Below, one piece after another: positions 14,929-25,268 of a DNA stretch of 64,000 nt. Origin of the DNA: Bacteroidota bacterium (GTDB lineage Bacteria; Bacteroidota; Bacteroidia; Bacteroidales; FEN-979); the NCBI GenBank assembly GCA_037137455.1, contig JBAXKG010000001.1:64418-128417 (forward strand), written 5' to 3'. Each line of letters opens with the position of its first letter. Position 1 is the stretch's first letter. The notes below the pieces were generated by a model. That model searched no databases. It saw nothing but the letters and a program-made list of their open reading frames with translations, and was not told the DNA's origin. The position numbers were made by a program, and so were the translations under genes.

Positions 14929-17900
14929 TAATATCGCATAAAGTATTTATTTGCTGTGTTTTATTGATATTTATTTCGCCTTTAAATGAAATGTTTTCGC
15001 AATCCAGCAAAGGTCAAAGTATACGCTTACACACGATTCCACTGACCAAGAAAAAAGAGGCATTTGCAGAAACGATCAACAAGCCATTAATTGGATTTGT
15101 CAGTTTAGAATCTTATGAAAATGCTGATGCAGAGATTAAAAATGCATATGATCAGTTAAAGGCATTCAGTGAATATTCTGCAGAATTTCTTACTTTGAAG
15201 GAATTAGAAAAACAGTTAAAGAAAAATGGAAAATTTTCAGTACTATGGATACACCGGCCCAATATTAGCGCTTTATCAGCTGCCGAAACCGATGAAAAAT
15301 TGATAAAATCGTTAAAATCATATGTTGAAAGTGGCGGTAAATTACTGTTAACCCAACAAGCAGCTCATTATATTAATGTTCTCGGGCTGGAACCTATGGA
15401 ACTGCAAGACAGCACCAAACAATGTGCAGATAATGGTAATGGGCGCCGGCTGGGGTTTCATGCATTCAGGGAACATCCTTTGTTCACAGGGCTGAATGGT
15501 GGTTCATATATCTGCAGGCCTTCGATGGATATTGGGACCAGAATCACTGGTTTTTTTGGTGATCATGTTCCTCAGAATGGCAAGGTGGTTGCGGTTGACT
15601 GGGATTACATATTTTTGCGCGAAGATTCTAAATTGGTGTTGGAATATACATTAGGCAAAGGCAAAGTATTAGCTGTGGGTGGTTATATGAATTTCACCAT
15701 CCCGAATACAAACCGAACACATCTCACTTTATTTACAAAAAATTGTTTTAATTACCTGTCGGATAAATATAAGGGCCAACCTGAATATTATTGGAATTAT
15801 ACTTTAAATTCCGTAACTGCCTGCCCTCCCCGACCAATAACTGATCAACTTCTTATTGCTGTTCCACCTTCTGCAGGATGGGCAGTAAATTCAACTGATA
15901 TTGATTTGAAACGACCTTTTGCTTCTGAAAATTTCTGGGATGTTGCCGGAGAGCGTTTGTTAACGATGGGTATTGAAAAGGGCGGCATTGAAGAGGTATG
16001 GGCTCATCCATTCATGGCCTTTCGGGATTGGGAGGCAGGTATCAGGTTTGACTATAAGGACACAATTTTTTGGCTCAGTGATGAACGACCTGAAATTATT
16101 GTTAACCCTGCCTATTTCTCAAGGCAATATAAATTTCCAAGGGCATATCTGAAAGAAGTGATAGTCAATGACCCGACTGAACCAAATGGTGTGATTCATT
16201 ACGAGTACCGTGGTGTCTATTCTGCCGAATTGATCATACGGTTTAAATCGAACCTGCGGTGGATGTGGCCATACACAGATCGGGTAACCGGTTCGATATG
16301 CTATTCGTATGATAATGACCTCGATGCCATTACAATCCAGGATCAGTCGGGGGATCTTAACGTTATTATTGGAGGAACGAAGAAACCGGTTAAGCATATT
16401 ATCGGACAATTTGATGGATTCAATTATATTAAAAAGGACAGCTTATTTCAAGGTATCCCAACAGTGAAGATGCAGGTGGCTGGTTTAATGTGTTATAAAC
16501 TTGAAATGAATGATAATCTCGATGTAGTTTACAGCGCTTCCAGTGAAGGATACAGCATCACCCATGCTCAATTCAACAAGACGGTTCATGATCCGGGACA
16601 GGTTTATCTCAGCGCCATAAAACATTCCAAATATATTCTCTCAAACAGCCTGATGATAACAACTCCCGATAAGGATTTCAATACCGGATACCGTTGGGCT
16701 TTACTGGCAACCGACCGCTTTTTCATCAACACCCCGGGAATGGGAAAAGCGCTTGTAGCGGGTTATTCAACCACCCAAAATGGCTGGGATGGTGGCCACA
16801 AGGTAAATGGCCGGCCAGGTTATGGCTGGTACTTTGGACGCGATGCCGAATGGAGCAGCTTTGCTTTGCTCGATTATGGCGATTTCGGAAAGGTGAAGTC
16901 CCAACTCGAATTTTTCAACAAATACCAGGACCTGAACGGTAAAATCTTCCATGAAGCCAGCACTTCAGGGCTGATCCATTACGATGCTGCTGATGCCACA
17001 CCGTTGTATATTGTTCTTGCCGGAAAATATTTTCGTCACACCAATGATACTGCATTTCTCCGGGAAACATGGCCCAATGTTAAGCGTGCAATCGATTTTT
17101 GCTTTACTACCGACACTGATCGGGATCATTTGATCGAAAATACCAATGTGGGGCACGGATGGGTTGAGGGTGGCGAATTGTTTGGCTCCCATTCAACAAT
17201 TTATATGGCTGGTTCATGGGGGGCAGCATTGACTGAAGCTGTAAACATGGCCCGATTCATGAACGACAATGAATCAGAAAGTTATCAGAGTGAGGCGGAG
17301 GAGCAACGAAAAATCATCGACCGGGAATTCTGGAGTGATTCAGAAAACTTTTACGCATATGGTAAAAACAAGGATGGTTCATTTCGCCGTGAGCAAACCA
17401 TTCTTCCGGCGGTACCAATCTATTTCAGGATGGCCGACCGTGAAAAAGCTTCTTTTGCCATGAAAAAAATCGCAGGGAATGTATTTACCACAAATTGGGG
17501 GGTGCGCATACTTCGGGAAGATAGTCCATTGTTTAAACCTTCCGGTTATCATTATGGTAGTGTTTGGCCATTGTTTACAGGATGGGCCTCCCTCGCGGAA
17601 TATGCCACCGGCAATTCCATCCAGGGATATTCGCATATCATGAATAACCTGAATGTATACAAGAACTGGGGACTTGGTTTCGTTGAAGAGGTGCTGAACG
17701 GCGCTGAATATAAGCCTTCAGGGGTATGTGCTCATCAATGCTGGTCAGAAACAATGGTATTGCAGCCTTCAATTGAAGGCATGCTCGGACTGGATATCAA
17801 GGCGCAGGAACAGAAGATATTTTTTTCACCACAACTTCCTGCAATGTGGGATTCTCTAAAAGTTCAAAATATCAGGATTGCGGGTCAAAAAGTTGATTTT

Positions 17901-18413
17901 CATTTTTCACGAACCAATAAAGTATATGAATATCAATTTTCTCTGGACCAGGGAAGTCCGGTTCGCATTGAATTTATGCCCTTTTTCCCTGCCGGAACCC
18001 GATTAATTGGGGTTACACTCGATGGGAAAGCCGTTCCTTTTACATCATTTAAATCCCTCCAATCGATGACCCTGATGGTTTCATTTGAACTTGGATCTGT
18101 TTCGAAACTCGTGGTGGAAACTGAGGGAGGAATGTCAGTATTGCCTGTGGTGGCTGATCCAAAACCCGGTGATGCTGCAGAAGGAATAAGGATCCTTTCC
18201 ACTCGTCTGGCTGGAAATCGATACCAGGTAGAGGTGGAGGGCAAAGCAAGGAGTTCGGGAATCCTTGAATTTTGGTCGAACGGGCAGGATTTAAAGGATG
18301 TTGACAATGCCCGGTTCCTGAATAAGACCGGAATGATTTACAAATTTGCAGTAGATTTTGAGCCTTCAGAATCGAAATATCTGACTAAGACAATCACTAT
18401 TAATATTCCATAG
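14925..18413 (+). CDS. Secreted multidomain (alpha/alpha)6-barrel glycosidase, glycogen-debranching-enzyme C-terminal (GDE_C)-like
   Basis: Signal peptide. The central and C-terminal region carries GYSTTQNGWDGGHKVNGRPGYGWYFGRD and GYHYGSVWPLFTGW motifs typical of amylo-alpha-1,6-glucosidase-type six-hairpin enzymes. Confidence 0.55.
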   Translation: MIISHKVFICCVLLIFISPLNEMFSQSSKGQSIRLHTIPLTKKKEAFAETINKPLIGFVSLESYENADAEIKNAYDQLKAFSEYSAEFLTLKELEKQLKKNGKFSVLWIHRPNISALSAAETDEKLIKSLKSYVESGGKLLLTQQAAHYINVLGLEPMELQDSTKQCADNGNGRRLGFHAFREHPLFTGLNGGSYICRPSMDIGTRITGFFGDHVPQNGKVVAVDWDYIFLREDSKLVLEYTLGKGKVLAVGGYMNFTIPNTNRTHLTLFTKNCFNYLSDKYKGQPEYYWNYTLNSVTACPPRPITDQLLIAVPPSAGWAVNSTDIDLKRPFASENFWDVAGERLLTMGIEKGGIEEVWAHPFMAFRDWEAGIRFDYKDTIFWLSDERPEIIVNPAYFSRQYKFPRAYLKEVIVNDPTEPNGVIHYEYRGVYSAELIIRFKSNLRWMWPYTDRVTGSICYSYDNDLDAITIQDQSGDLNVIIGGTKKPVKHIIGQFDGFNYIKKDSLFQGIPTVKMQVAGLMCYKLEMNDNLDVVYSASSEGYSITHAQFNKTVHDPGQVYLSAIKHSKYILSNSLMITTPDKDFNTGYRWALLATDRFFINTPGMGKALVAGYSTTQNGWDGGHKVNGRPGYGWYFGRDAEWSSFALLDYGDFGKVKSQLEFFNKYQDLNGKIFHEASTSGLIHYDAADATPLYIVLAGKYFRHTNDTAFLRETWPNVKRAIDFCFTTDTDRDHLIENTNVGHGWVEGGELFGSHSTIYMAGSWGAALTEAVNMARFMNDNESESYQSEAEEQRKIIDREFWSDSENFYAYGKNKDGSFRREQTILPAVPIYFRMADREKASFAMKKIAGNVFTTNWGVRILREDSPLFKPSGYHYGSVWPLFTGWASLAEYATGNSIQGYSHIMNNLNVYKNWGLGFVEEVLNGAEYKPSGVCAHQCWSETMVLQPSIEGMLGLDIKAQEQKIFFSPQLPAMWDSLKVQNIRIAGQKVDFHFSRTNKVYEYQFSLDQGSPVRIEFMPFFPAGTRLIGVTLDGKAVPFTSFKSLQSMTLMVSFELGSVSKLVVETEGGMSVLPVVADPKPGDAAEGIRILSTRLAGNRYQVEVEGKARSSGILEFWSNGQDLKDVDNARFLNKTGMIYKFAVDFEPSESKYLTKTITINIP

Positions 18414-18417
18414 CCGG

Positions 18418-20532
18418 GTGGTAAAAAGATATATTTTACTTTTTCTTCTGACACAGGTTTCAGCAAGCGGTGCTGCGCAATTTCTTTCCAACCTGAAGGC
18501 CGTGAAAACGGATGCTATCTATACCACCTATGCAGCTCCACCTGCACGTTCGCATTATAAAACCGACCAGGGGTACCAGTTTCAGTGGTTTGATGACGGT
18601 TCGGGAGTAGAATTTATTTCCAAAGACGGTCCGAATTTTGGAATCGCTTTTCAAAATGAAAATCGTCTGATATTCAGGCTTCAGGAACTTTTCAGAGAAC
18701 CAGTTGTTACAACTTCCTATAGTGATCTGGTGAAATATTTTTATTATCCGGTGAAGGATTTACGTGTTGAAGTATTCTTTGCTGCATATAGTTCTGAATT
18801 GGCAATAATACAATTTCGAATAATCAATGAAGGCCAATTCCCTGTCGCATTTACGGCAATACCATATCTTTACTATCCATCTTCCGATAGTACGCTTGAA
18901 ATTGAGCATCAGTCAAATCCGGACGGCTATACATTTCCACTTCAGAAGAAACGCGATGGCTGGATGGTTGAGCACAACATTCCGTTGATCGAACATTTGT
19001 CAGGAAATCTGAAGTCCAGTCTGAAATATGATAGTGTTTTCACATTTTTATTAAAAAATGGTCAAAGCCAGGTTCACAAGAGATCAGAACCATTAGCAAG
19101 TCTTAAGGAATCACTAAAGATGCAAAAAAGAGGCGCCTCTTTTATCAATGGGATAGCATGTTTTAGTTCCTTTCGGATTCAGCCAAGAGAATCGACCTCA
19201 TTCAAAGTTTTTATTGAGCTGAACGAAGCACGGAAAACAATGTCGGAAGCGAGTCGTGAAGTATGCGAGACTATACAAAAAAGTGAGGAAGTGATTTTGA
19301 AAAATTTATCACTTGATCGATTAGTTGAAGAGGATGAGAATGCTTACGCGAATATCCCAAAGTTGACTTTCACTGACAAGGATAGGGAGATGCTTTACTG
19401 GAGCTCCTTTTCGCTAATGCGACAATGCATGATGCCACCTGAAGGAGAATGCCGGCACAATTACTACGTTTTTTCACGTGAACCACGATGGGGTTGGGGA
19501 TATGGCGGGCAGGTGTTTCACGAAAGTCTGGCAATGTTGGCTTGGGTATATATGGATCCAAAAGGTGCGATGAATTCTCAGCGGGTTTTTATGGATCGTC
19601 AGAGACCAGATGGTTACATAAATTATCGCACCGGGCCATATTTGAATGAAACCATCGAAACGAATGGTAAACCGACCAGTTCGGCGCCTTGGTTCAACTA
19701 TGAAAACTTCGAAATTTATAAAATCACCCGTGACAAGCAATTTTTAAAAGAGGCTTATGAATCTGGTAAAAAATTTTACCAATATTATTTAGCCAGCCGC
19801 GATTCAAACAGCAATGGTTTATGCGAATGGGGCGCTCATGCTGAATTGGAATCTGTACGCGATGCACGGGTAGCTGTTTGGGATAAGGTTGGCTGGGCAG
19901 CTAATTTCGAAGGAGTTGATGTGAATTCTATGCTGGTTATGGAGGCAAAGTCGCTGGCAGAAATGGCGAAGTTATTGGGTCTGGCTGATGAATCTAAAAA
20001 ATGGCAGGAAGACACAAGGCAGCGGAGTTCATTAATCAACAGCGCCATGTGGGATTCTGAAACCAGGTTTTATTACAATGTGAACAAAAAAGATCAGTCT
20101 TTCAGTTTTCATTCACCAAATGATTTGAAGATAAAGGAGATCATTGGTTTTCTGCCACTTTGGGCCGGTGTGGCAGATAAGGAGAAAGCCGGATATCTGG
20201 TTGATAAAATGACTGACACTACTGAATTCTGGCGCCCTTTCGGTGTACCATCTCTCTCGGCTAAAAGTGATTATTATTGTCCGATCGGTTATTGGAACGG
20301 TCCGGTATGGGTGCAGTGGGAATATCTGTTATTCCGGGGCCTTCGGGACAACGGCTATGAAAAAGTGGCGGATCAGCTTGCCGGTCGTGTTCTTGAAAAT
20401 ATGATTTACCATCTTAAAAAAGATCACGTTTTCTGGGAATTCTACAGCGCTGACGATTACCATGCCGGCTGGAACAAAACCTACATCTGGGCGGGAATTG
20501 CAGCACTATTCCTTATAGAGAAGATTCAATAA
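18418..20532 (+). CDS. Secreted GH63/MGH1-like (trehalase-clan) glycoside hydrolase, paralog 1
   Basis: GTG start and signal peptide. Contains the FYVFSREPRWGWGYGGQVFHES and YWNGPVWVQWEYLLFRGL motifs. Confidence 0.6.
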   Translation: MVKRYILLFLLTQVSASGAAQFLSNLKAVKTDAIYTTYAAPPARSHYKTDQGYQFQWFDDGSGVEFISKDGPNFGIAFQNENRLIFRLQELFREPVVTTSYSDLVKYFYYPVKDLRVEVFFAAYSSELAIIQFRIINEGQFPVAFTAIPYLYYPSSDSTLEIEHQSNPDGYTFPLQKKRDGWMVEHNIPLIEHLSGNLKSSLKYDSVFTFLLKNGQSQVHKRSEPLASLKESLKMQKRGASFINGIACFSSFRIQPRESTSFKVFIELNEARKTMSEASREVCETIQKSEEVILKNLSLDRLVEEDENAYANIPKLTFTDKDREMLYWSSFSLMRQCMMPPEGECRHNYYVFSREPRWGWGYGGQVFHESLAMLAWVYMDPKGAMNSQRVFMDRQRPDGYINYRTGPYLNETIETNGKPTSSAPWFNYENFEIYKITRDKQFLKEAYESGKKFYQYYLASRDSNSNGLCEWGAHAELESVRDARVAVWDKVGWAANFEGVDVNSMLVMEAKSLAEMAKLLGLADESKKWQEDTRQRSSLINSAMWDSETRFYYNVNKKDQSFSFHSPNDLKIKEIIGFLPLWAGVADKEKAGYLVDKMTDTTEFWRPFGVPSLSAKSDYYCPIGYWNGPVWVQWEYLLFRGLRDNGYEKVADQLAGRVLENMIYHLKKDHVFWEFYSADDYHAGWNKTYIWAGIAALFLIEKIQ

Positions 20533-20556
20533 GATTGTAGTAATATCACAAATTGT

Positions 20557-22701
20557 ATGAAAAAATCAATACTCCTTGCTTTTTACACTCTTTATGGATT
20601 GTTACTGGTCGCCCAGCAATTCAAGACCATCGAGGATTATGTGCGCATCAGCGCCAGGGCAGATGACCCGCTTTACACGACCTATGCCGCTGCTATGTCG
20701 CGCTCACAACTATATGGAGACAAGGCTTACAAGATGGATTATTATTCCGATTGTCGTCCGGTCAGTTATTCGTCAGATAATGCCGGGATGATGTTTTGCA
20801 TATGGAAGGTTGACGATGTCGTTATTCCCCGGATCGGAGAATTTCTTGTGAAACCGGTAGTTAAATTTTCTTTCCCTGATATGGCCATTATGGAGTATGA
20901 GCCAATTCGCGGGATCCTGGTAAAAGAGACATTCTTTGTCTACAGTTCGTCGATTGCGATAGTAGATATGGAGATTAAAAACACAGATAAGATTCCGCAT
21001 GAAGTTGCCGTTTATCCAATATTGGAAACATTTAATGATTCGCTTGGTATCGTAAGATATGATGGGACATCAGATGGGTATTTGACGCAGCGGTATGAAA
21101 GCCCCTATCGACTTATAAGCAGTCTGAAGATGGAATACGGATATCCCACGAGAGTCAGGGATTTTTTTACCAGCAACCGTGAAACTGCATCGCATGGAGG
21201 ATATTCAGGCGATATGAACAATTTTTACAATATAATAAAAACTGATTTTTATTCAGATAAACGAATCGATTCCCTGAACATGAAGCCGGATGGCTTTGTC
21301 GATTTTATCGCGTTGCACCTGAAGAAGCGATTGAAACCGGGTGAATCTGTCAATTTCAGGTATCTCCGTGGATCTCAGGATCAAAATGAAGAGCCTGCAA
21401 AACTTATCAGGATAGTCGATTCTATTAAGAATTTCATGCTCAAAACCTACTACGAAGACAATCTGATTCTGTATTCGAAGGTTCCCCGAATCGCTTTCAA
21501 AAGCCAATCAGAAAAGCTTGCTTACCTGAGCGCTTTTAACCTTGCCCGCGGATGCATGTACCCGCCATCAGGAAAAACGAAGTACAACTTCTATGTGTTT
21601 TCGCGAAACCCTCTTTGGGGATGGGGCCATGGGCACCAGGTATTGCATGAGTCGCTCAGTATGATAGCCTATGCTTACATGGATCCAAAATCGGCAGAAG
21701 GTTCACAACGGGTGTATATTGAACAGCAACGTGAAGACGGGTTGATTGCTTACCGGCATGGACCGCGCGGGTTGCAGGATTATCCGCATAAAAATATGTC
21801 GACCACTTCGGCGCCGTTTTTCAATTGGATCAACCTTGAGATATATAAAGCTGGTAAAGACAAACAATTCCTGGCCGAAGCCTATGCTTCAGGGAGCAGA
21901 TATGTTGAATGGCTGATTAAAAACCGTGACACCGATCAGGATGGTACTTTTGAATGGGGACCGTATGGCATTATTGAAAATGTACGTGACTGGTACAATG
22001 CAGTCTTCCAGGTTTCGGCCGAGCGCTATTTAGATGTCGACAAAGAGGATATTTCAGATGAATTGGAATGCCTTGACCTGACGTTGATGGTGATTAAGGA
22101 GGAACGGAGCCTGGCGAAGATGGCCAGCATTCTTGGAAAAACCTCAGAAGCAAAAAAATGGATGAACCTGGCCGACACAACTTCAAAGTTAGTGAATGAA
22201 CGGATGTGGGATGAAACCTCGGGGTTTTATTACTCAGTCAACAAAAAGGATCACACCTTCCAGTTTATGACCCGTGACCTGAAACGGCTGGAAATCATTG
22301 GGTTTCTGTCGCTTTGGGCAGAGGCAGTTCCAAAGGAGCGGGCAGCAAGATTGATTCAGACACTTACCGACACCACGAAATTCTGGCGGAAATACGGTGT
22401 TCCAACCCTCTCGGCACAGGATCCATGGTATAATTCTAATGTTGACTACTGCTGCAAATGGAATGGCCCGGTTTGGATGCTTTGGGATTACATGGTGTAC
22501 GATGGCCTGCGGAGTTATGGATACAACGAAATCGCACATCAGCTTGCCGGAAAAATGGTCAGTGCAGTTACTGTTCAGCTTTCGAAGAACCATAACTATT
22601 GGGAGTCATACAGTCCCGACAACGAGGTGCTGAATTGCCCGACAAACTATATCTGGGACGCCATTATTGCGAAATTGCTGATTGATGAAAGTCAGAAATA
22701 G
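20557..22701 (+). CDS. Secreted GH63/MGH1-like glycoside hydrolase, paralog 2
   Basis: Collinear with the previous gene (FYVFSRNPLWGWGHGHQVLHES; KWNGPVWMLWDYMVYDGL). This is a tandem duplication. Confidence 0.6.
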   Translation: MKKSILLAFYTLYGLLLVAQQFKTIEDYVRISARADDPLYTTYAAAMSRSQLYGDKAYKMDYYSDCRPVSYSSDNAGMMFCIWKVDDVVIPRIGEFLVKPVVKFSFPDMAIMEYEPIRGILVKETFFVYSSSIAIVDMEIKNTDKIPHEVAVYPILETFNDSLGIVRYDGTSDGYLTQRYESPYRLISSLKMEYGYPTRVRDFFTSNRETASHGGYSGDMNNFYNIIKTDFYSDKRIDSLNMKPDGFVDFIALHLKKRLKPGESVNFRYLRGSQDQNEEPAKLIRIVDSIKNFMLKTYYEDNLILYSKVPRIAFKSQSEKLAYLSAFNLARGCMYPPSGKTKYNFYVFSRNPLWGWGHGHQVLHESLSMIAYAYMDPKSAEGSQRVYIEQQREDGLIAYRHGPRGLQDYPHKNMSTTSAPFFNWINLEIYKAGKDKQFLAEAYASGSRYVEWLIKNRDTDQDGTFEWGPYGIIENVRDWYNAVFQVSAERYLDVDKEDISDELECLDLTLMVIKEERSLAKMASILGKTSEAKKWMNLADTTSKLVNERMWDETSGFYYSVNKKDHTFQFMTRDLKRLEIIGFLSLWAEAVPKERAARLIQTLTDTTKFWRKYGVPTLSAQDPWYNSNVDYCCKWNGPVWMLWDYMVYDGLRSYGYNEIAHQLAGKMVSAVTVQLSKNHNYWESYSPDNEVLNCPTNYIWDAIIAKLLIDESQK

Positions 22702-22730
22702 TATACCTTTGCAGGTTGAAAGTGGGTTTT

Positions 22731-24230
22731 ATGAAAAAGTTTTTTTTCTTCGCCGGGATTACAGGTTTGATCTTTTTGTTAAGTTTGACATCATGCAATA
22801 CAGGCTACCGCACCGATATTCAGCATTTGTTATCACCAGCTGCCCTGCCCTACCTGAAAAACAGCAAATTGATACAGGTTTCAAGTTATGATACTTCGGG
22901 AGGTAACGAAGATCATATAACAATTGCGCCTGGTAAAAAAGCAACCGTTTTTGATGCTGAAGGCCCCGGAATGATTGTAAGGATGTGGTTTGCAATTGAT
23001 TCCTGGGACCCATATTTTCTTCGTAGAATTGTAATCCGAATTTACTGGGATGATGAACCAAAACCATCTGTTGAGGTTCCTATCGGTGATTTTTTCGGAT
23101 GCGGATTTAAATACAAGCAGTATATTTCACAATTCATGGGCATGACGAGTGGCGGTTATTTCTGTTATTTCCCTATGCCTTTTGAACGTAAAGCCAGGAT
23201 TGAGATTGCCAATGAAACAAGGCAGGAGGTCTTTGGTTTTTTTTACCAGGTTGACTATCAGAAATTTGAAGGTGCACTCGAGTCGGATGTAGCCTATTTT
23301 CATGCACAATGGAACAGGAGCATCAGAACCAATTACGACTCAAATTTTGTAATTCTTAATGCCGAGGGCAAGGGTCACCTTGTAGGCGTAAACCTCAACT
23401 TACAATCTTATGATGGCGGGCTTAGGTTTCTTGAAGGGGATGAGATGATTTATGTTGATGGAGAGAAGAGGCCCTCGATTCACGGTACAGGAACAGGAGA
23501 TTATTTTTCTGCCGGATGGTATTTCAACAAAGGAGAATTTAATGGTCAATATAACGGTTTAATTTACAAGAACGATACGTTGGGACAAATTGCCGCTTAC
23601 CGCTTTTATATTATGGATCCCATACCGTTTAAGAAAAATATTAAGGTCACTATCGAACATGGCCATGGTAACCAGGATATTGCCGACTATAGTTCCACGG
23701 CATATTGGTACCAAATGGAATCCCATAAAACATTCCCTCATTTTCCCGTAGCTGGCCAGAGGATTCCCTTGCGAATTGTTAAACCAGTACGTATGTACGA
23801 AGCGGAGAAGTTGAAATTCAAGCTGGAGGGGTTAAAGTCGAAGGTTATTGATATGTCTGACTATGGGCCTGAATGGGGTGATAACAAACAGATAGTAATT
23901 GAAGCCCGGGATAAATCATCATTTGGTCTTGAAATTAATGGACTCAAGGAGTCTGTTTATGATATGAAACTTTACTATTCAACAGGTCCGGGTTACGGCA
24001 ACGCAGATATTTATGTTAACAATATAAAGGCCGGAACAATCAACGGATATTCACCCCACATTTTACCAAATGGCAAGGTAACCCTTACAGGGTTGAAAAC
24101 ACAGACAGGATCTGTGGAGATCCGTTTTGTGGTTACCGGGAAAGATAATCTGTCAAAGGGATATTTCATCGGCCTCGATGGGGTTAGCATGGAACCAAAG
24201 CGCGTTTACATTCCTGAAAAATCCATCTGA
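22731..24230 (+). CDS. DUF2961 / GH172-family glycosidase lipoprotein
   Basis: Lipobox LSLTSC. Contains the DUF2961-type motifs GDFFGCGF, FLEGDEMIYVDGE and HGTGTGDYFSAGWYF. The start was set to MKKFFFF. Confidence 0.7.
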   Translation: MKKFFFFAGITGLIFLLSLTSCNTGYRTDIQHLLSPAALPYLKNSKLIQVSSYDTSGGNEDHITIAPGKKATVFDAEGPGMIVRMWFAIDSWDPYFLRRIVIRIYWDDEPKPSVEVPIGDFFGCGFKYKQYISQFMGMTSGGYFCYFPMPFERKARIEIANETRQEVFGFFYQVDYQKFEGALESDVAYFHAQWNRSIRTNYDSNFVILNAEGKGHLVGVNLNLQSYDGGLRFLEGDEMIYVDGEKRPSIHGTGTGDYFSAGWYFNKGEFNGQYNGLIYKNDTLGQIAAYRFYIMDPIPFKKNIKVTIEHGHGNQDIADYSSTAYWYQMESHKTFPHFPVAGQRIPLRIVKPVRMYEAEKLKFKLEGLKSKVIDMSDYGPEWGDNKQIVIEARDKSSFGLEINGLKESVYDMKLYYSTGPGYGNADIYVNNIKAGTINGYSPHILPNGKVTLTGLKTQTGSVEIRFVVTGKDNLSKGYFIGLDGVSMEPKRVYIPEKSI

Positions 24231-24239
24231 TAACAAAAA

Positions 24240-25268
24240 ATGATTAAGAAAATTTTCGTAAAGATGCGGGCATTGGTTGGGCTGATAATGCTTTTATCCG
24301 GTTCTATCCCCGGAGCCATTTGCCAGACAATTGTAAAGCAAGGGAATCATGTGCCTATAAATTTTTGCATTGGTGACCGTGAGATGAACTTGTACAAGAT
24401 GATCGATGATTATCGCAAGCAACACAACCTCCCTCCTATTCCACTGTCAAAATCGTTATCATATGTTGCTGCTTTGCATGCCAGGGATCTGTTTCTGCAC
24501 CCGCCTAATCAAGGATCATGCAATTTTCATTCATGGTCAGACAAGGGTTTCTGGACTCCTTTTTGTTATCCGAAAGATGAAAATAAGAAAAATTCAGTTT
24601 GGGATAAACCACGTGAATTAACGAAATATCCATCCCGGGCTTATGAAATCGTTTATTGGGAAAATAACCCTTTGGTTACCGACACGATAATTATGGTTTG
24701 GAAAATGGAAGAGTATTTCAACAATTTTTTATTGAATACAGGAAAATATCAGGGAAAGCCATGGAATGCAATTGGGATATCGGTTTATGAAAACTATGCA
24801 TGTGCTTGGTTTGGAGAGGCGACCGATCCTGAAGGGGCAGCTTTTGTTTGTGGCTCTGCTCCTGAACCACTGAAGAAATACTCTGTAAAACAATCAGTTA
24901 AACCAGTGGTTAAACCATCTCCTAAGCCTCCGTTAAAGTCCAAAAAAGCGAAAACGGTCACGGCCAGTCCTGATACGGCTATTATGATGATCAAGGATTC
25001 AGTTGCAAGTAATACCAAAACAATTTCTCAACAACGGGATTCGACATCTGCAACCTATTATATCATTGTAAATTCCGTACTTCCTAAAGAAACTGCCAAT
25101 CAGCTGGTCAACACACTGAAGACCAAAGGATACCCCGATTCGAAGCTGATTGAGAAAAATGGAAAAAACAATGTTTCAGTTCTTGAATCGCATGATATTG
25201 ACGCGTTAAGATTGAAATTGAAAGAGATAAGAAAGATTTTCAAAGATGCCTGGCTGCTGAAAAACTAA
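24240..25268 (+). CDS. Secreted CAP (SCP/PR-1-like) domain protein with a C-terminal SPOR domain
   Basis: CAP-type segment DDYRKQHNLPPIPLSKSLSYVAALHARD, a Pro/Lys-rich linker, and a SPOR-like segment YYIIVNSVLPKETANQLVNTLKTKGYPDSKLIE. Confidence 0.55.
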   Translation: MIKKIFVKMRALVGLIMLLSGSIPGAICQTIVKQGNHVPINFCIGDREMNLYKMIDDYRKQHNLPPIPLSKSLSYVAALHARDLFLHPPNQGSCNFHSWSDKGFWTPFCYPKDENKKNSVWDKPRELTKYPSRAYEIVYWENNPLVTDTIIMVWKMEEYFNNFLLNTGKYQGKPWNAIGISVYENYACAWFGEATDPEGAAFVCGSAPEPLKKYSVKQSVKPVVKPSPKPPLKSKKAKTVTASPDTAIMMIKDSVASNTKTISQQRDSTSATYYIIVNSVLPKETANQLVNTLKTKGYPDSKLIEKNGKNNVSVLESHDIDALRLKLKEIRKIFKDAWLLKN

